Both the position numbers and the translations under genes were made by a program. A DNA stretch of 64,000 nucleotides from Octopus sinensis (Eukaryota): the NCBI RefSeq assembly GCF_006345805.1, contig NC_043005.1, positions 9,548,001-9,612,000 on the forward strand, in the 5' to 3' direction. The notes below the pieces were generated by a model. That model ran no database searches. It saw nothing but the letters and a program-made list of their open reading frames with translations, and was not told the DNA's origin. Shown one piece after another: positions 52,796 to 64,000 of this stretch (positions are counted from its first letter, which is position 1; each line of letters opens with the position of its first letter).

Positions 52796-53170
52796 TATAT
52801 ATATGTATATACTTATGCATATATATGTGTACACATATGTAAATATGTGTGTATGTCGGTGCCTTGTAGAACGGATACGTATGTCTGTTTGTGTGTTGTC
52901 GTGTACTTTATAGTTTTTCTACCTAGAATTATAGGATTCTCTTTACTCTGGTAACAAAAGTAGCGACTGTGTAACATTATGACTTTGAAATTGAGACATT
53001 TGAAAATAAACGAATAAATTAATTAATCAATAATAATAATAATAATAATAATAATGATAATAATAATAATAATAATAATAATAATATAATAATAATAATA
53101 ATAATAATAGTAATAGTAATAATAATAATAATAATAAATAATAATAATAATAATAATAACAATAATAATA

Positions 53171-53531
53171 ACTGCCCTGATGCAGTACCAGGCAGTGGCT
53201 CTCATGGCTGCTGATCTTAACTGATTGGAAGTGTTATCATGTACATTGTTTTGTCTTGGTATAAAAGATGGGCTACAGCAAATATTCTGCTCAATACCAC
53301 AGATTTGCTTGTCAGTTGTTAGACCTTAACCAGTTGTGCAAGTCCCTTAGTGGCTGACGATATGTGGGGGAGAATCAGAGCCATGTATTGAGAGGGATTC
53401 TTGGGGGTTTTAATAATTCACCTCTGGAAACAGGGGTGGTTCGTTCAATATCCTTAAACAACCCGCATTGAGGGACCTTTTGAGCGGGATGGGCTACTCG
53501 ACCAGAAGAAAATTCTAACTAGGCCCCACCT
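53171..53531 (-). mobile_element. Unclassified repeat (same family as 49385-49797) reading into (TTA)n
   Basis: Shared segment with 49551-49797. Abuts the long trinucleotide tract at 53030-53170. Confidence 0.7.
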
Positions 53532-54337
53532 ATGTGGAGCATCGGTTCCGATTCAAACTGCTCCAGTTTGGAATGTCATCTTCGCTCTTTGTGGCAGAGC
53601 ATTATCCTGATGGAAGCACAACTTTCGTCTTGAAACCAAAGATGGTCGTTTTTCTTCTAGCGCTGACTTAAGCCGCTCAAGCTACTCACTGTAGATCTCT
53701 TTTGTTATCGTTTAGTTTGGGTTTAAAAGTTCGAAGTAGACTAAGCCTTTCATATCCCACCAAACATAACAACAACACGCGTGGGTGAAGATCTTCTTTA
53801 GCTTGGAGTGCCGTTGTTTCTCCTTTCCCTACCCACTCTCTCCGGCACTTGACATTTTTATAGAGAACCCATTTCTCTTTCACCAGTCAGTATTCGGTCC
53901 CAAACTGGTCCATTCGTAAGACATGACAGCAAAGAAGAGCACGCATTCACTCTATGCGCAGGATTAGACTCGGAAAGTTTGTGAGGAAGCCATTGATCTC
54001 AATTTGCTGACTTTTCCGAAGGCATGCAGATATTCATGAATGGTTGAATGACTAAATCTAAGCTTCTCTGCTAGTTCCTCAACAGTTACGATGGGATTTT
54101 GTCCCACAAGTGTTTGCAGGACGTCCTCGTTGAGATCTACAGGTCTGCCAGGATGAGGCTCGTCTTCTAGGCTGTAATTTCCGGCTCGGAATTTCTGGAA
54201 CCACCATTGATACTGATTTACGCTTATTGTTCAATCTACATATATTGCATTAATATTCCTCGCACTTTCCGTTATTTCGTTGAATTTTTCGAACTCATAA
54301 GCAAAATATGCCGAAAATGCTCCTTTATCACTTCCAT
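53532..54337 (-). pseudogene. Decayed mariner transposase, 3' end missing
   Basis: MEVIKEHFRHILL at the start; ILTG.EKWVLYKN..W...KEDLHPR (GDEKW and LHPKK motifs). Confidence 0.8.
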
Positions 54338-55038
54338 TATAGCCTTCAAAAAATAACTGTTAAAATCAAACTGCTCTCCTATAGCTAGCTAGAGGCGATG
54401 GCCTCTTGGAGCTAATCAGCGACAGCTTTAGTCTTATGTTTATAGACTGCCATATTAGTATGGCGATAACTATTAATAATAATAAAAATGTTATGGTGGA
54501 TGCTTGGATAATTTTTGACTTCCCTCGTACATATATTTGTGTGTATTTGAGTATACGTTATGTCCATACAGTGTGAGAATTGGATGCTTTAGGTTGGTGT
54601 GATTTATTTGCATACATATTACATAAGAAGTTACCCAAATAATATAACAGATGACTGGAAGCTTTATGAAAGATGCTGCATAAATAGAATGAGTGTGATG
54701 TTCAGGTGTGTATCTGTATCCGTGTACGTCTGTCTGTCCGTATTTCTGTCTGTCAGTCTGTATATCTTTTCTCTTCTATTTTTAATTATTTGAAATTTTC
54801 CTGTGGGGAGGAAGCTGATTTACAACTAAGATACAGAATTCCATCTTTGGAAAGTAGATGACAAAAACAAATTCCTAATTTGAACGTGAATATTTTTACG
54901 CTTCCGTTTAGAGATTATATTTGTAATGTGCGAGTTAGCTGGTAGAATTCTTTTTTTCTGAATACTGCAACATATCCACACTGTCACTTATGTTCGTAGG
55001 CGTATATGCACGGTTGTTAATCGGTTAATATTAGACAA

Positions 55039-55426
55039 TGTGGAGGCGCAATGGCCCAGTGGTTAGGGCAGCGGACTCGCGGTCGTGGGATTGCGGTTTC
55101 GATTCCTAGACCGGGCATTGTGAGTGTTTATTGAGCGAAAACACCTAAAGCTTCACGAGGCTCCTGCAGGGGATGGTGGTGATCCCTGCTGTACTCTTTC
55201 ACCACAACTTTCTCTCACTCTTTCTTCCTGTTTCTGTTGTACCTGTATTTCAAAGGGCCAGCCTTGTCATACTCTGTGTCACGCTGAATATCTCCGAGAA
55301 CTACGTTAAGGGTAAACGTGTCTGTGGAGTGCTCAGCCACTTGCATGTTAATTCCACGAGCAAGCTGTTCCGTTGATCGTATCAGCTGGGACCCTCATCG
55401 TCGTAACCGACGAAGTGCTCCTATAT
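55039..55426 (+). mobile_element. SINE family C, full length (tail type 1)
   Basis: tRNA-like head GGAGGCGCAATGGCCCAGTGGTTAGGGCAGCGGACTCGCGGTC..GTTTCGATTCC, flanked by TATTAGACAA. Confidence 0.92.
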
Positions 55427-55436
55427 TATTAGACAA

Positions 55437-55704
55437 GGCGGCGAGCTGGCAGAAACGTTAGCACGCCGGGCGAAATGCGTAGCAGTATTTCGTCTGCGTT
55501 ACGTTGTAAGTTCGAATTCCGCCGAGGTCGACTTTGCCTTTCATCTTTTCGGGGTCGATAAATTAAGTACCAATTACGCACTGGGGTCGATAAATTAAGT
55601 ACCAATTACGCACTGGGGTCGATGTAATCGACTTATTACCTATGTCTGTCCTTGTTTGTCCCCTCTGTGTTTAGCCCCTTGTGGGTAATAAAGAAATAGG
55701 TTAC
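55437..55704 (+). mobile_element. SINE family B with 32-bp internal duplication
   Basis: GGGGTCGATAAATTAAGTACCAATTACGCACT x2, flanked by TATTAGACAA. Confidence 0.92.
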
Positions 55705-56093
55705 TATTAGACAAATGGGGCTATAAAAAAGTATTACAATGAGATGGTTCTATGGATGGCTATCACTTGGAAATACGTATTGTGTGTCATCCGAACTGGA
55801 ATACAGGGGTTGAAGAGAGGTGATGAGAACCAATTCATCTGGTTACTACAAAGGATTGGAATGGTCACCAATTAGTTTGTTTTATTTAATAGAACTACTG
55901 TTAACGCATAAAAATCACTTGGCTATGCACTTTGTGTGGCATCTGAAGTGGAATACAGAGATTGAGAGAGGAAATGAGAGTCGGTTCTTTGGCTGGCTAA
56001 AAAAGACTAAAATGGTGAGCAAGTGACTAGAACAGAGGGTAGAAGATATACTGTCAATGCAGAAGAAAAATATTGAAAAATATAAGCATTACT

Positions 56094-56520
56094 GGCGCAG
56101 GAGCGGCTGTGTGGTAAGTAGCTTGCTTACCAACCATATGGTTCCGGGTTCAGTCCCACTACGTGGCATCTTGGGCGAGTGTCTTCTACTATAGCCTCGG
56201 GCCAACCAAAGCCTTATGAGTGGATTTCGTAGACGGAAACTGAAAAAGCCCGTCGTATATATGTATATATATATGTGTGTGCGTGTATGTTTGTGTGTGT
56301 GTGTTTGTGTGTCTGTGTTTGTCCCCCTAGCATTGTTTGACAACCGATGCTGGTGTGTTTATGTCCCCGTCACTTAGCGGTTCGGCAAAGAGACCGAGAG
56401 AATAAGTACTGGGCTTACAAAGAATAAGTCCGGGGTCGATTTGCTCGACTAAAGGCTGTGCTCCAGCATGGCCGCAGTCAAATGACTGAAACAAGTAAAA
56501 GAGTAAAGAGAGTAAGAGTA
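56094..56520 (+). mobile_element. SINE family A, full length
   Basis: All modules present, probable TSD AGCATTACT / AGTATTACT. Confidence 0.92.
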
Positions 56521-57191
56521 TTACTATTTCTAAGTGATTCACAGATAATCGATTTTATGAGTGAAGTTTTTCCAATGACTATATTTCATATTTATCTAGA
56601 TATAAATATTTAAAAGTAAATGTGTTTGCGTGACATGAACTATTTAGTGCTTGATGAACTAAGATGTTGCGTATTAAGTGTCTTGACCATGTGAACATTG
56701 CCATGTTAGTGATATCATTTCAACTACACTCATTTCCATCCGCTGCTCGTTATCACACCATCTCGTTTATTAACATTTCGTATAGCTACATCCACCACAG
56801 TTCGTGAGATTAATGTGCGCAATGGGAAAATTATATTAATAATATATAATCGCAATCCAATTGTTTATTAATAATACTATTATTACCACTATATTATTTT
56901 GTCATTGCTTATCCCTTGCAGTGTTACAGCTGCAATGGCAACTTCGTTGGAATGAGAAATGGCACTACGGCGACAATAATGTCAAATACTTCACTATAAT
57001 TCTGTTTCTCATCCCTAAACAATAGTATAATTGTCCTCTTGTCTCTCTATATACCTCATAAATTTGTAATTTATATCTAATATTTAATTAGGCCTCATCA
57101 ACTCTAAGTACTACCGTTGTACGAGAATCTTTGTAACACATAACACGTTTTACATGAAAGGTTCTCTAAACCAAATTACATATCTAAGAGA

Positions 57192-57345
57192 TGTACGTTA
57201 TTTACATTATTTACATTTGACAGATATTTGTCCTCATCTTGTTTGTTGTTAACACAAATTTTCGGCTGATATACCCTCCAGCCTTCATCAGGTGTCATGG
57301 GGAAATTTTGAACCTGGGTTCTCATTCCTAAAATATTTTTCGATG
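57192..57345 (-). mobile_element. Penelope-like terminus (family P1)
   Basis: Contains a hammerhead motif and ends in (AATGTAAAT)n. Inverted partner at 58982-59122. Confidence 0.7.
57251..57296 (-). ncRNA. Minimal type I hammerhead ribozyme motif
   Basis: GACAC-CUGAUGA-A-GGCUG-gaggguauau-CAGCC-GAAA-A-UU-U-GUGUU: intact core, 5-bp helix I, 5-bp helix II, palindromic helix III. Confidence 0.65.
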
Positions 57346-57382
57346 TTGTTGTTATTAATATTATTATTAGTATTATTATCAA

Positions 57383-57408
<26 letters not shown>

Positions 57409-57413
<5 letters not shown>

Positions 57414-57789
57414 TAGTTTTATTTTTATAGCGTGCTTTCACTTCACTACCGAGCGCAGCTCTGTGTGCCTTGGGTATGTGCTGTGATTTGTTATGATGCT
57501 CTGATGGTTATTGTATGGAAAGTGTTCTGCGTAGGATGTGTGCAGTGCCTAGTAGTGCAATTTTCTGTATGTTATATGGTTTGTAAGTCCTGGTGTTTTT
57601 GTTATGTTATTTGTCTGAATATTTTTTTATCATGCCTAATGCACCTACTATGATAGGAATTGTTTCTGTTTTCAGATTCCACATTCTAGTTACCTCTATT
57701 CCAGGTCTTTGTATTTTGAGAGTTTCTCCATTTCTTTTAGAGACACGTTGTCATCTGCCGGTATTGATACATCAATTAGAAAGCATTTT
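57409..57789 (-). mobile_element. R4/Dong-type LINE, short 3' fragment
   Basis: Similar but not identical to 57818-58195. Ends CTACTGAATAATAAT. Confidence 0.85.
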
Positions 57790-57817
57790 ATAAATGTATA
57801 TTATTATTATTATTATT

Positions 57818-58871
57818 CAGTAGTTTTATTTTTATAGCGTGCTTTCACTTCACTACCGAGCGCAGCTCTGTGTGCCTTGGGTATGTGCTGTGATTTGTTG
57901 TGATGCTCTGATGGTATTGTATGGAAAGTGTTCTGCGTAGGATGTGTGCAGTGACTAGTAGTGCAATTTTCTGTATGTTATATGTGTTTGTAAGTCCTGG
58001 TGTTTTTGTTATGTATTTGTCTTGAATATTTTTTTATCATGCCTAATGCACCTACTATGATAGGAATTGTTTCTGTTTTCAGATTCCACATTCTAGTTAC
58101 CTCTATTTCCAGGTCTTTGTATTTTGAGAGTTTCTCCATTTCTTTTAGAGACACGTTGTCATCAGCCGGTATTGATACATCAATTAGAAAGCATTTTTTT
58201 TCTTCCTGGTCTCTGACAACTATATCTGGTCTGTTGGCCTTAATTTCTCTGTCTGAGTGTATCGGCATATCCCAGAGTATGGTTGCTTTCTCGTTTTCTG
58301 TGACCTTTTCTGGTGTGTGCCTATACTATCTTTTTTCTGTTGTTATTCCATAATGTTGGCATAGCTTCCAATGTATGTAGGTTCCAACTCTGTCATGTCT
58401 GTGAATATATTCCTTCTTAGCCAGGACTGGGCAGCTAGAGATAATATGATTTATTGTTTCTTGTCCATCTCCACATATTCTGCAGTTACTTGTATATTTC
58501 TTTTCATTACATGTTTTTGGTAATTTCTGGTGGGGAGGCTTTGGACTTGTGCTGCAATTAAAAATCCCTCTGTTTCTGCTTTGAGTCCTGAGCTTCACAA
58601 CCATTGCTGGGATTTTTCTTTGTCTATTTCTTTTGCGTTTAGTTTTAGTCCAGTATTTACCATGAAGGGGCTTTTCTTGCCATCGTTTTATCATGGTTCG
58701 TTGCTGTTCTATTTTTAGTTTGGATTTCATTTGTTTTATAGCTTTTGTTGTTTCTCCATCTTCTTCTTCTTCTTTATGTTTATTAGGTGGTATGATTTCT
58801 TGTTTGTATTTGTCAGCTTCCTTAAATACTGAGAACAGTTTTTTGTATTGCTCGTGTCTTGCCGCTATCTG
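57818..58871 (-). mobile_element. 5'-truncated R4/Dong-type LINE (zinc knuckle and restriction-like endonuclease)
   Basis: CRICGDGQETINHIISSC..RHDRV; NRPDIVV..LIDVSIP..EKLSKYKDL..IPIIVGALG; frameshifted. Confidence 0.88.
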
Positions 58872-58887
58872 GATAATAATAGTAATA

Positions 58888-58940
<53 letters not shown>

Positions 58941-58981
58941 TAAAATAATAATAATAATAACAACAGAAATAATAATAATAA

Positions 58982-59122
58982 TACCTTAGGAATGAAAACA
59001 CAGGTTCGAAATTTCCCCAATAAACCTGATGAAGGCTGGAGGGTGTATCAGCCAAAACGTTATGTTAACAACAAACAAGATGAGGACAAATCTTCGTCAA
59101 ATGTAAATAATGTAAAAAATGT
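58982..59122 (+). mobile_element. Penelope-like terminus (family P1) with mutated hammerhead
   Basis: CTGATGA-A-GGCTG..CAGCC-AAAAC-GTT (GAAA changed to AAAA) and ATGTAAATAATGTAAA tail. Confidence 0.7.
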
Positions 59123-59472
59123 GCAATATGTCACAGAATATAATTTTCAAAATGTTCTACACTATTAAGATAGTAGAGAGTTCGTTGAGGGATTTGTGAC
59201 CAACACATCCAGAAGATCAAGAGATAAAGCTAAATTCCTTTCTTTCGCATGAATATTGGTCACATATTCACGTCTAGGATCGATAAATGAATATCGATGA
59301 ACCAATATACTGTGCACTTGAGAAATTGGATCAAGTCAGTTAGTCTTAATGACTCAAACCCTTTGTCTTGCTTCTTACAATAAAAATGTTTTGCAGAACA
59401 ACGGCAGAGATTAAATGTTTTATGAAATGTAGACAAAAGACGAGCGAGCTTCCAATGTGTGGTTGTTAGATA

Positions 59473-59866
59473 TCTTTATATATAAAAGTAAGGTTGTGTG
59501 CTGTCTGTCTCCTACGATTTAGATTCCTAACTACTCCCACATTTTGCGGTGCAATTTAACCAAAACCGGGTATCTTATAGTCGTGATTCATATCGAGCCC
59601 TTCTGGGTATTAGCGCGCGTCTACGATGAGTCTATGATTTTTTAAAAAATTACCATCAATTTTTCCCATTTTTAATGCATTTTTGGCATATATAAGGGAA
59701 GTAACTCTCTAAAAATTTATTATTAAATCTCAGAACGTAAAAAGCTACAGTAACACTCCCCCTTGTGGTTAGCCATATTGAGATGGCTATTATACTTTAC
59801 ATCTCTAAAAATGCTTATATAGTTATTTCCCTTACAAACCCGAGCAACGCCGGGCGATACTGCTAG
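59473..59866 (+). mobile_element. Non-autonomous Helitron
   Basis: A|TC start, CCCGAGCAACGCCGGG hairpin, CTAG|T end. Confidence 0.88.
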
Positions 59867-60255
59867 TAATAAGTAAATAGATACATTCTTAGGTTCCTTC
59901 TTTTACATAAATATTGGTTATACATTCACCTATAGCCAAATATTCGTATGTCAAGGAATAAATCAATAGAAACGGTGTTTTCAAAAGTTTCTGTTTTCTT
60001 CATCTTTACTAGGGTATGTAGTAATTTTCCAGGTTTCTCAGGGGTACAAAACCGGCACTTTTTCAGATAGCTTTAATCTTAGATGCTTAGTCAATATGCC
60101 TTCTGCTATGTTAAAATTTATAACAACCGTATTTGATAAGAGACTAATTTCTACTTTAGTAGTCAAAGAATGTCTGAGAAATTCCAATATATCACCAATC
60201 TATTTTAAATCGATTCATTATCATAATATGCAGATTACATGAATAAGTCAACGAA

Positions 60256-60293
<38 letters not shown>

Positions 60294-60335
60294 TATATAT
60301 ATATTGTAAAAACGGTAAAAACTATATAAGATAAC

Positions 60336-60391
<56 letters not shown>

Positions 60392-60954
60392 ACAGTATTA
60401 TGTATTTTTATTCATACATACACACATTCATTCAACTGTATATATATGATAAAATATATTTCTTCCCGCAATGACTTTTATCTGATGTTTCAGATGTAAG
60501 CAGTTGTAAACCAGATTGGTTTCCGCATTTTTTGATAAGAACTCCTTGAAATAGATGTACACGATATCCTTTCGAATTACTAGCACAGGATATTCATAAA
60601 ATATATACATACATACGGTGTGTGTGTGCGCGCGCAAGTATGTTGGAGTTGTATTATTCCTAATCACTGCTTGGCTGCTACTATTATTCCGATCAAGTGG
60701 TCTACTAGCATGGCTGTGTCACTCATGTTGATAGTTTTTTTCGTGAAAGTTACAGCTTTGAATCTTCCCAGGGTTATCTCTCTTCTGCATTTCTCATTGA
60801 AGAAGGCTAAAGAGTAGGAAATCCACCAGAAAATTTGGTAGAAGGAAGCACTTGGAACATATGTTAATTCTACACCTTTAACGATAAGAGATTTTTTTTT
60901 CTGTATGGAAACTGCAGTGAATTTGCCCCTTCAGAAGTTAAGATTATGAACATA

Positions 60955-60969
60955 CTAACAAACCTAAAG

Positions 60970-61022
<53 letters not shown>

Positions 61023-61039
61023 TATATATATATTATATA

Positions 61040-61078
<39 letters not shown>

Positions 61079-61158
61079 TATATAATATATTTATATATTT
61101 ATTTATATATTTATTTATATATATATATATATATTAATATGAACTTTAGGTTTGTTAG
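60955..61158. repeat. 22-bp perfect inverted repeat enclosing an (AT)-rich tract
   Basis: CTAACAAACCTAAAGTTCATAT (60955-60976) / ATATGAACTTTAGGTTTGTTAG (61137-61158). Confidence 0.85.
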
Positions 61159-61285
61159 GTTTTATATATTTATTTATTTATTTTATATATATATTATATT
61201 ATATATTTATTTATATATATATATATATAATATATATATTATATTTATTTATATATATATCTATATATATATTATATATATATAT

Positions 61286-61328
<43 letters not shown>

Positions 61329-61502
61329 TATATTATATATACATATAGTATATATTTTTTACTATATATATGTACATATATATGCACATATATATATTTA
61401 TATATACTTACATATACATACACACATACATACACACATACATACATGCATACATACATACATACATACATTCATACATACAAATACATACATACATACA
61501 TA

Positions 61503-63141
61503 GAAAGCCTCTTTTTAATGTTGTTTATACTTTCTGTAAACCCCTTGTCAGTAATGTTAAGGAACTCTGAAGGATAACTAACTGGATCACAAGGAAACAA
61601 AAATAGCAAAATTTGTGGATGACTTAAAACTATATGCAAACAATATGCATGAGGTGAAAAAGATCCTTGACCTAGTTACAACATACTCAAAGAATGTAGG
61701 GTTGCAATTTAGTCAGGATAAGTGTTGTTATATGGTTGTGAAAAGCGGGGGGAAAACTATAAACCAGACTAGTGACATCTCCATCATTGATTTAACTGTT
61801 TCCCCTGTGTCTAACTAGGAATGTTACGGGTATCCAGGGGTGGATGAAAGTATATCTTACAGTGGCACCTGTAACAAAACGCGTGTCACTACAGCCGAAT
61901 AAAAAAAAATGTGAAGCCCAGAACTCTCTGCATTAAATACAACAATGGCCCAAATCTGTTTGCAGTGCGAGGCTTCTTGACTGGTCACTTGATGAGATTC
62001 GAGCCATTGATGTGAAAACCCGAAAAAAAGTAAAAAGCACATATAATTTCGCATAAACACAGACGCAGATCGCCCCTACCTAAATCGAAAACAAGGCGGC
62101 AGAAGTTTAACATTGATTCAAAATGACTTTGATGTCGCATCATATCCTTGCGGCAACATCTTTTAACCACCAAGTGTCGAAAAGCATCCCTTGACCAAGT
62201 TTGCAAAGAGGAGTCTGATAGTATCATAAGACTTAGAAGGCAGCTCTTTGAGCAACACCCTTTGTCTGATTACGTAGAATACAGGCCCAAAGAAGTCTCA
62301 CGACTCTACTGCAACGTATCATCAGATGTAAGGATGAGCCTATATGAGCAGAAGACTACGCATGGGTATGTTAGTAACATCGATCATCAAACCAGTTTAT
62401 CATGGACGAGTAGCCGGATTACTACCTCCTAATTTGAAGGGTATGCGTTTGCAATCCGGGAATAGGAAATATCAACCAAGTACCTGATGCGCAAAAGGGA
62501 TAGAGATGTAGGTAAAGCCGTAAAAAGTAAAAACCGATGCAGACTTTGTGGAGTTCCCACTGAAGATATCACCCATATCATCAGCAGCTGTCCGAAAATA
62601 TAATCACGGTATACCCGATGAGATTTGACGTTGTAGCTAGGACACTAATGAAATCCGTCGGAAGGATAATCCCGAGGACAAAGAAATAAAAACCCACAAT
62701 ATGGTAGAAGCCATAGCCACCCATAATAAATAGGAATACTGGTGGATTGTACCAGTGAAGACTTCACTAAAATGAAAGCGCAACAGACCTGATATAATGA
62801 GATAGAGAAGAGAAAGTGTGCACAGTAGTGGAAATTAGCTGCCCAGCGGATGTTAACATAAAGAGAACACCTATGCTGAACTATTGAGAAATCTGCAGTT
62901 ATTCTATCCAGATTACAAGTTCAGATTTATACCTGTAATTATTGGAGCCCTGAGATACGTAATATACTGCCTAAATACTAATTTTGAGAAATTAGGTTTC
63001 TCAAAACCAGAAAGGAGAACGCTAATTCGAAGACTACAAATTTAATCCAGCACTGGAACTCTAAAAGTCTGTAAAATTTTCCAGAAGTTTATCATTTAGG
63101 TACATATGAGCATGTCTAGATATGCAACTATATGCATGAGA
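61503..63141 (+). mobile_element. Decayed RLE-type LINE (R4/Dong-like), 5'-truncated within RT
   Basis: LFILSVNPLS, FVDDLKLY, CRLCGVPTEDITHIISSC, NRPDI, VVEISCP, FIPVIIGAL; (CATA)n on both flanks. Confidence 0.85.
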
Positions 63142-63784
63142 ATACATGCATACATACATACATACATACATACATACATACATACATACATACATACATA
63201 CATACATACATACATCATACGTACATACATACATACATACGTACATACATACGTACATACATACAAAAATATCCTGTTGTTGATGCTGAAATTCCAGCGA
63301 AGGAACTTAGGATCTAGGATTTTGGTGAGAAACTGCTTCTTTCTCTATTGGCAAGAAATCTTAAAGTATACTGACTAATGAAATACATACATACATGATT
63401 AGATGCACTCTTTGGGCTATAATCTCTGTATTCATGTTTCAGTTGATTTTGTTAATCACGTTAAAGTCCCACCTCTCTGTATTCACAAGGGGCTCTGCGC
63501 AGTCGCACGTGGGCTATACGGGAATATAGGATCACATCACTAATCAGAGGAGAAGGAACATCGGTTTGAATATGCTACTCCTTTATTTCATCTCATACCC
63601 ATGCTTCAGCATTCAGTAACACCTATTAATGGCAGTATGCATAAGCAAACATCCTCAGACAGAAAAGCTTCTCTCTGAGGACGTATTTGCTTCTGCACAC
63701 TACCCCTGCGAGGTACACCTACAGACTGCATCTATAGTGTAGCGTTATGTGTTACCGAATAATGAAGCATATATAAGTGATACA

Positions 63785-64000
63785 TGGAAGCGCAATGGCC
63801 TAGTGGTTAGGGCAGCGGACTCGCGGTCGTAGGATCGCGGTTTCGATTCCCAGACCGGGCGTTGTGTGTGTTTATTGAGCGAAAACACCTAAAAGCTCCA
63901 CGAGGCTCCGGCAGGGGGTGGTGATCCCTGCTGTACTCTTTCGCCACAACTTTCTCTCACTCTTTCTTCTGTTGGCCTGCACGCTTAGCCAGCGGGGTGG
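63785..64000 (+). mobile_element. SINE family C head with tail type 3 (runs off the window)
   Basis: Family C head and linker, then TGGCCTGCACGCTTAGCCAGCGGGGTGG. Confidence 0.85.

Noticed and set aside
55039-55115. tRNA-like sequences here and at 49881-49962 and 63785
   Set aside because: A and B boxes are present but the cloverleaf is poor and each continues into a SINE body or tail

Overview
AT-rich eukaryotic DNA saturated with microsatellites and transposon debris. The SINE families, the (AT)n/(CATA)n/(TAA)n load and the element mix point to a cephalopod, probably Octopus (inference). I could not support any intact host protein-coding gene, tRNA, rRNA or CRISPR array, and almost all long ORFs in the track are microsatellite read-throughs. 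Supported content: four tRNA-derived SINE types (called A, B, C and a short one here), decayed LINEs (CR1/L2 group, RTE-like, Tx1/L1, three R4/Dong-type with restriction-like endonuclease), Tc1/mariner remnants and a MITE, a near full-length Chapaev3-type transposon, three copies of a non-autonomous Helitron, Penelope-like termini with hammerhead ribozyme motifs, and several long inverted repeats. The strongest second-look signals are RNA-level features of the retroelements: minimal hammerheads with a palindromic helix III, a SINE 3' tail shared with a Tx1/L1 LINE and containing a covarying stem-loop, LINEs each flanked by a different microsatellite, SINE multimers inside one TSD, and a triplicated target site. 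All alignments were done by eye. Family names come from motif recall, not database searches, and boundaries of old elements are approximate.
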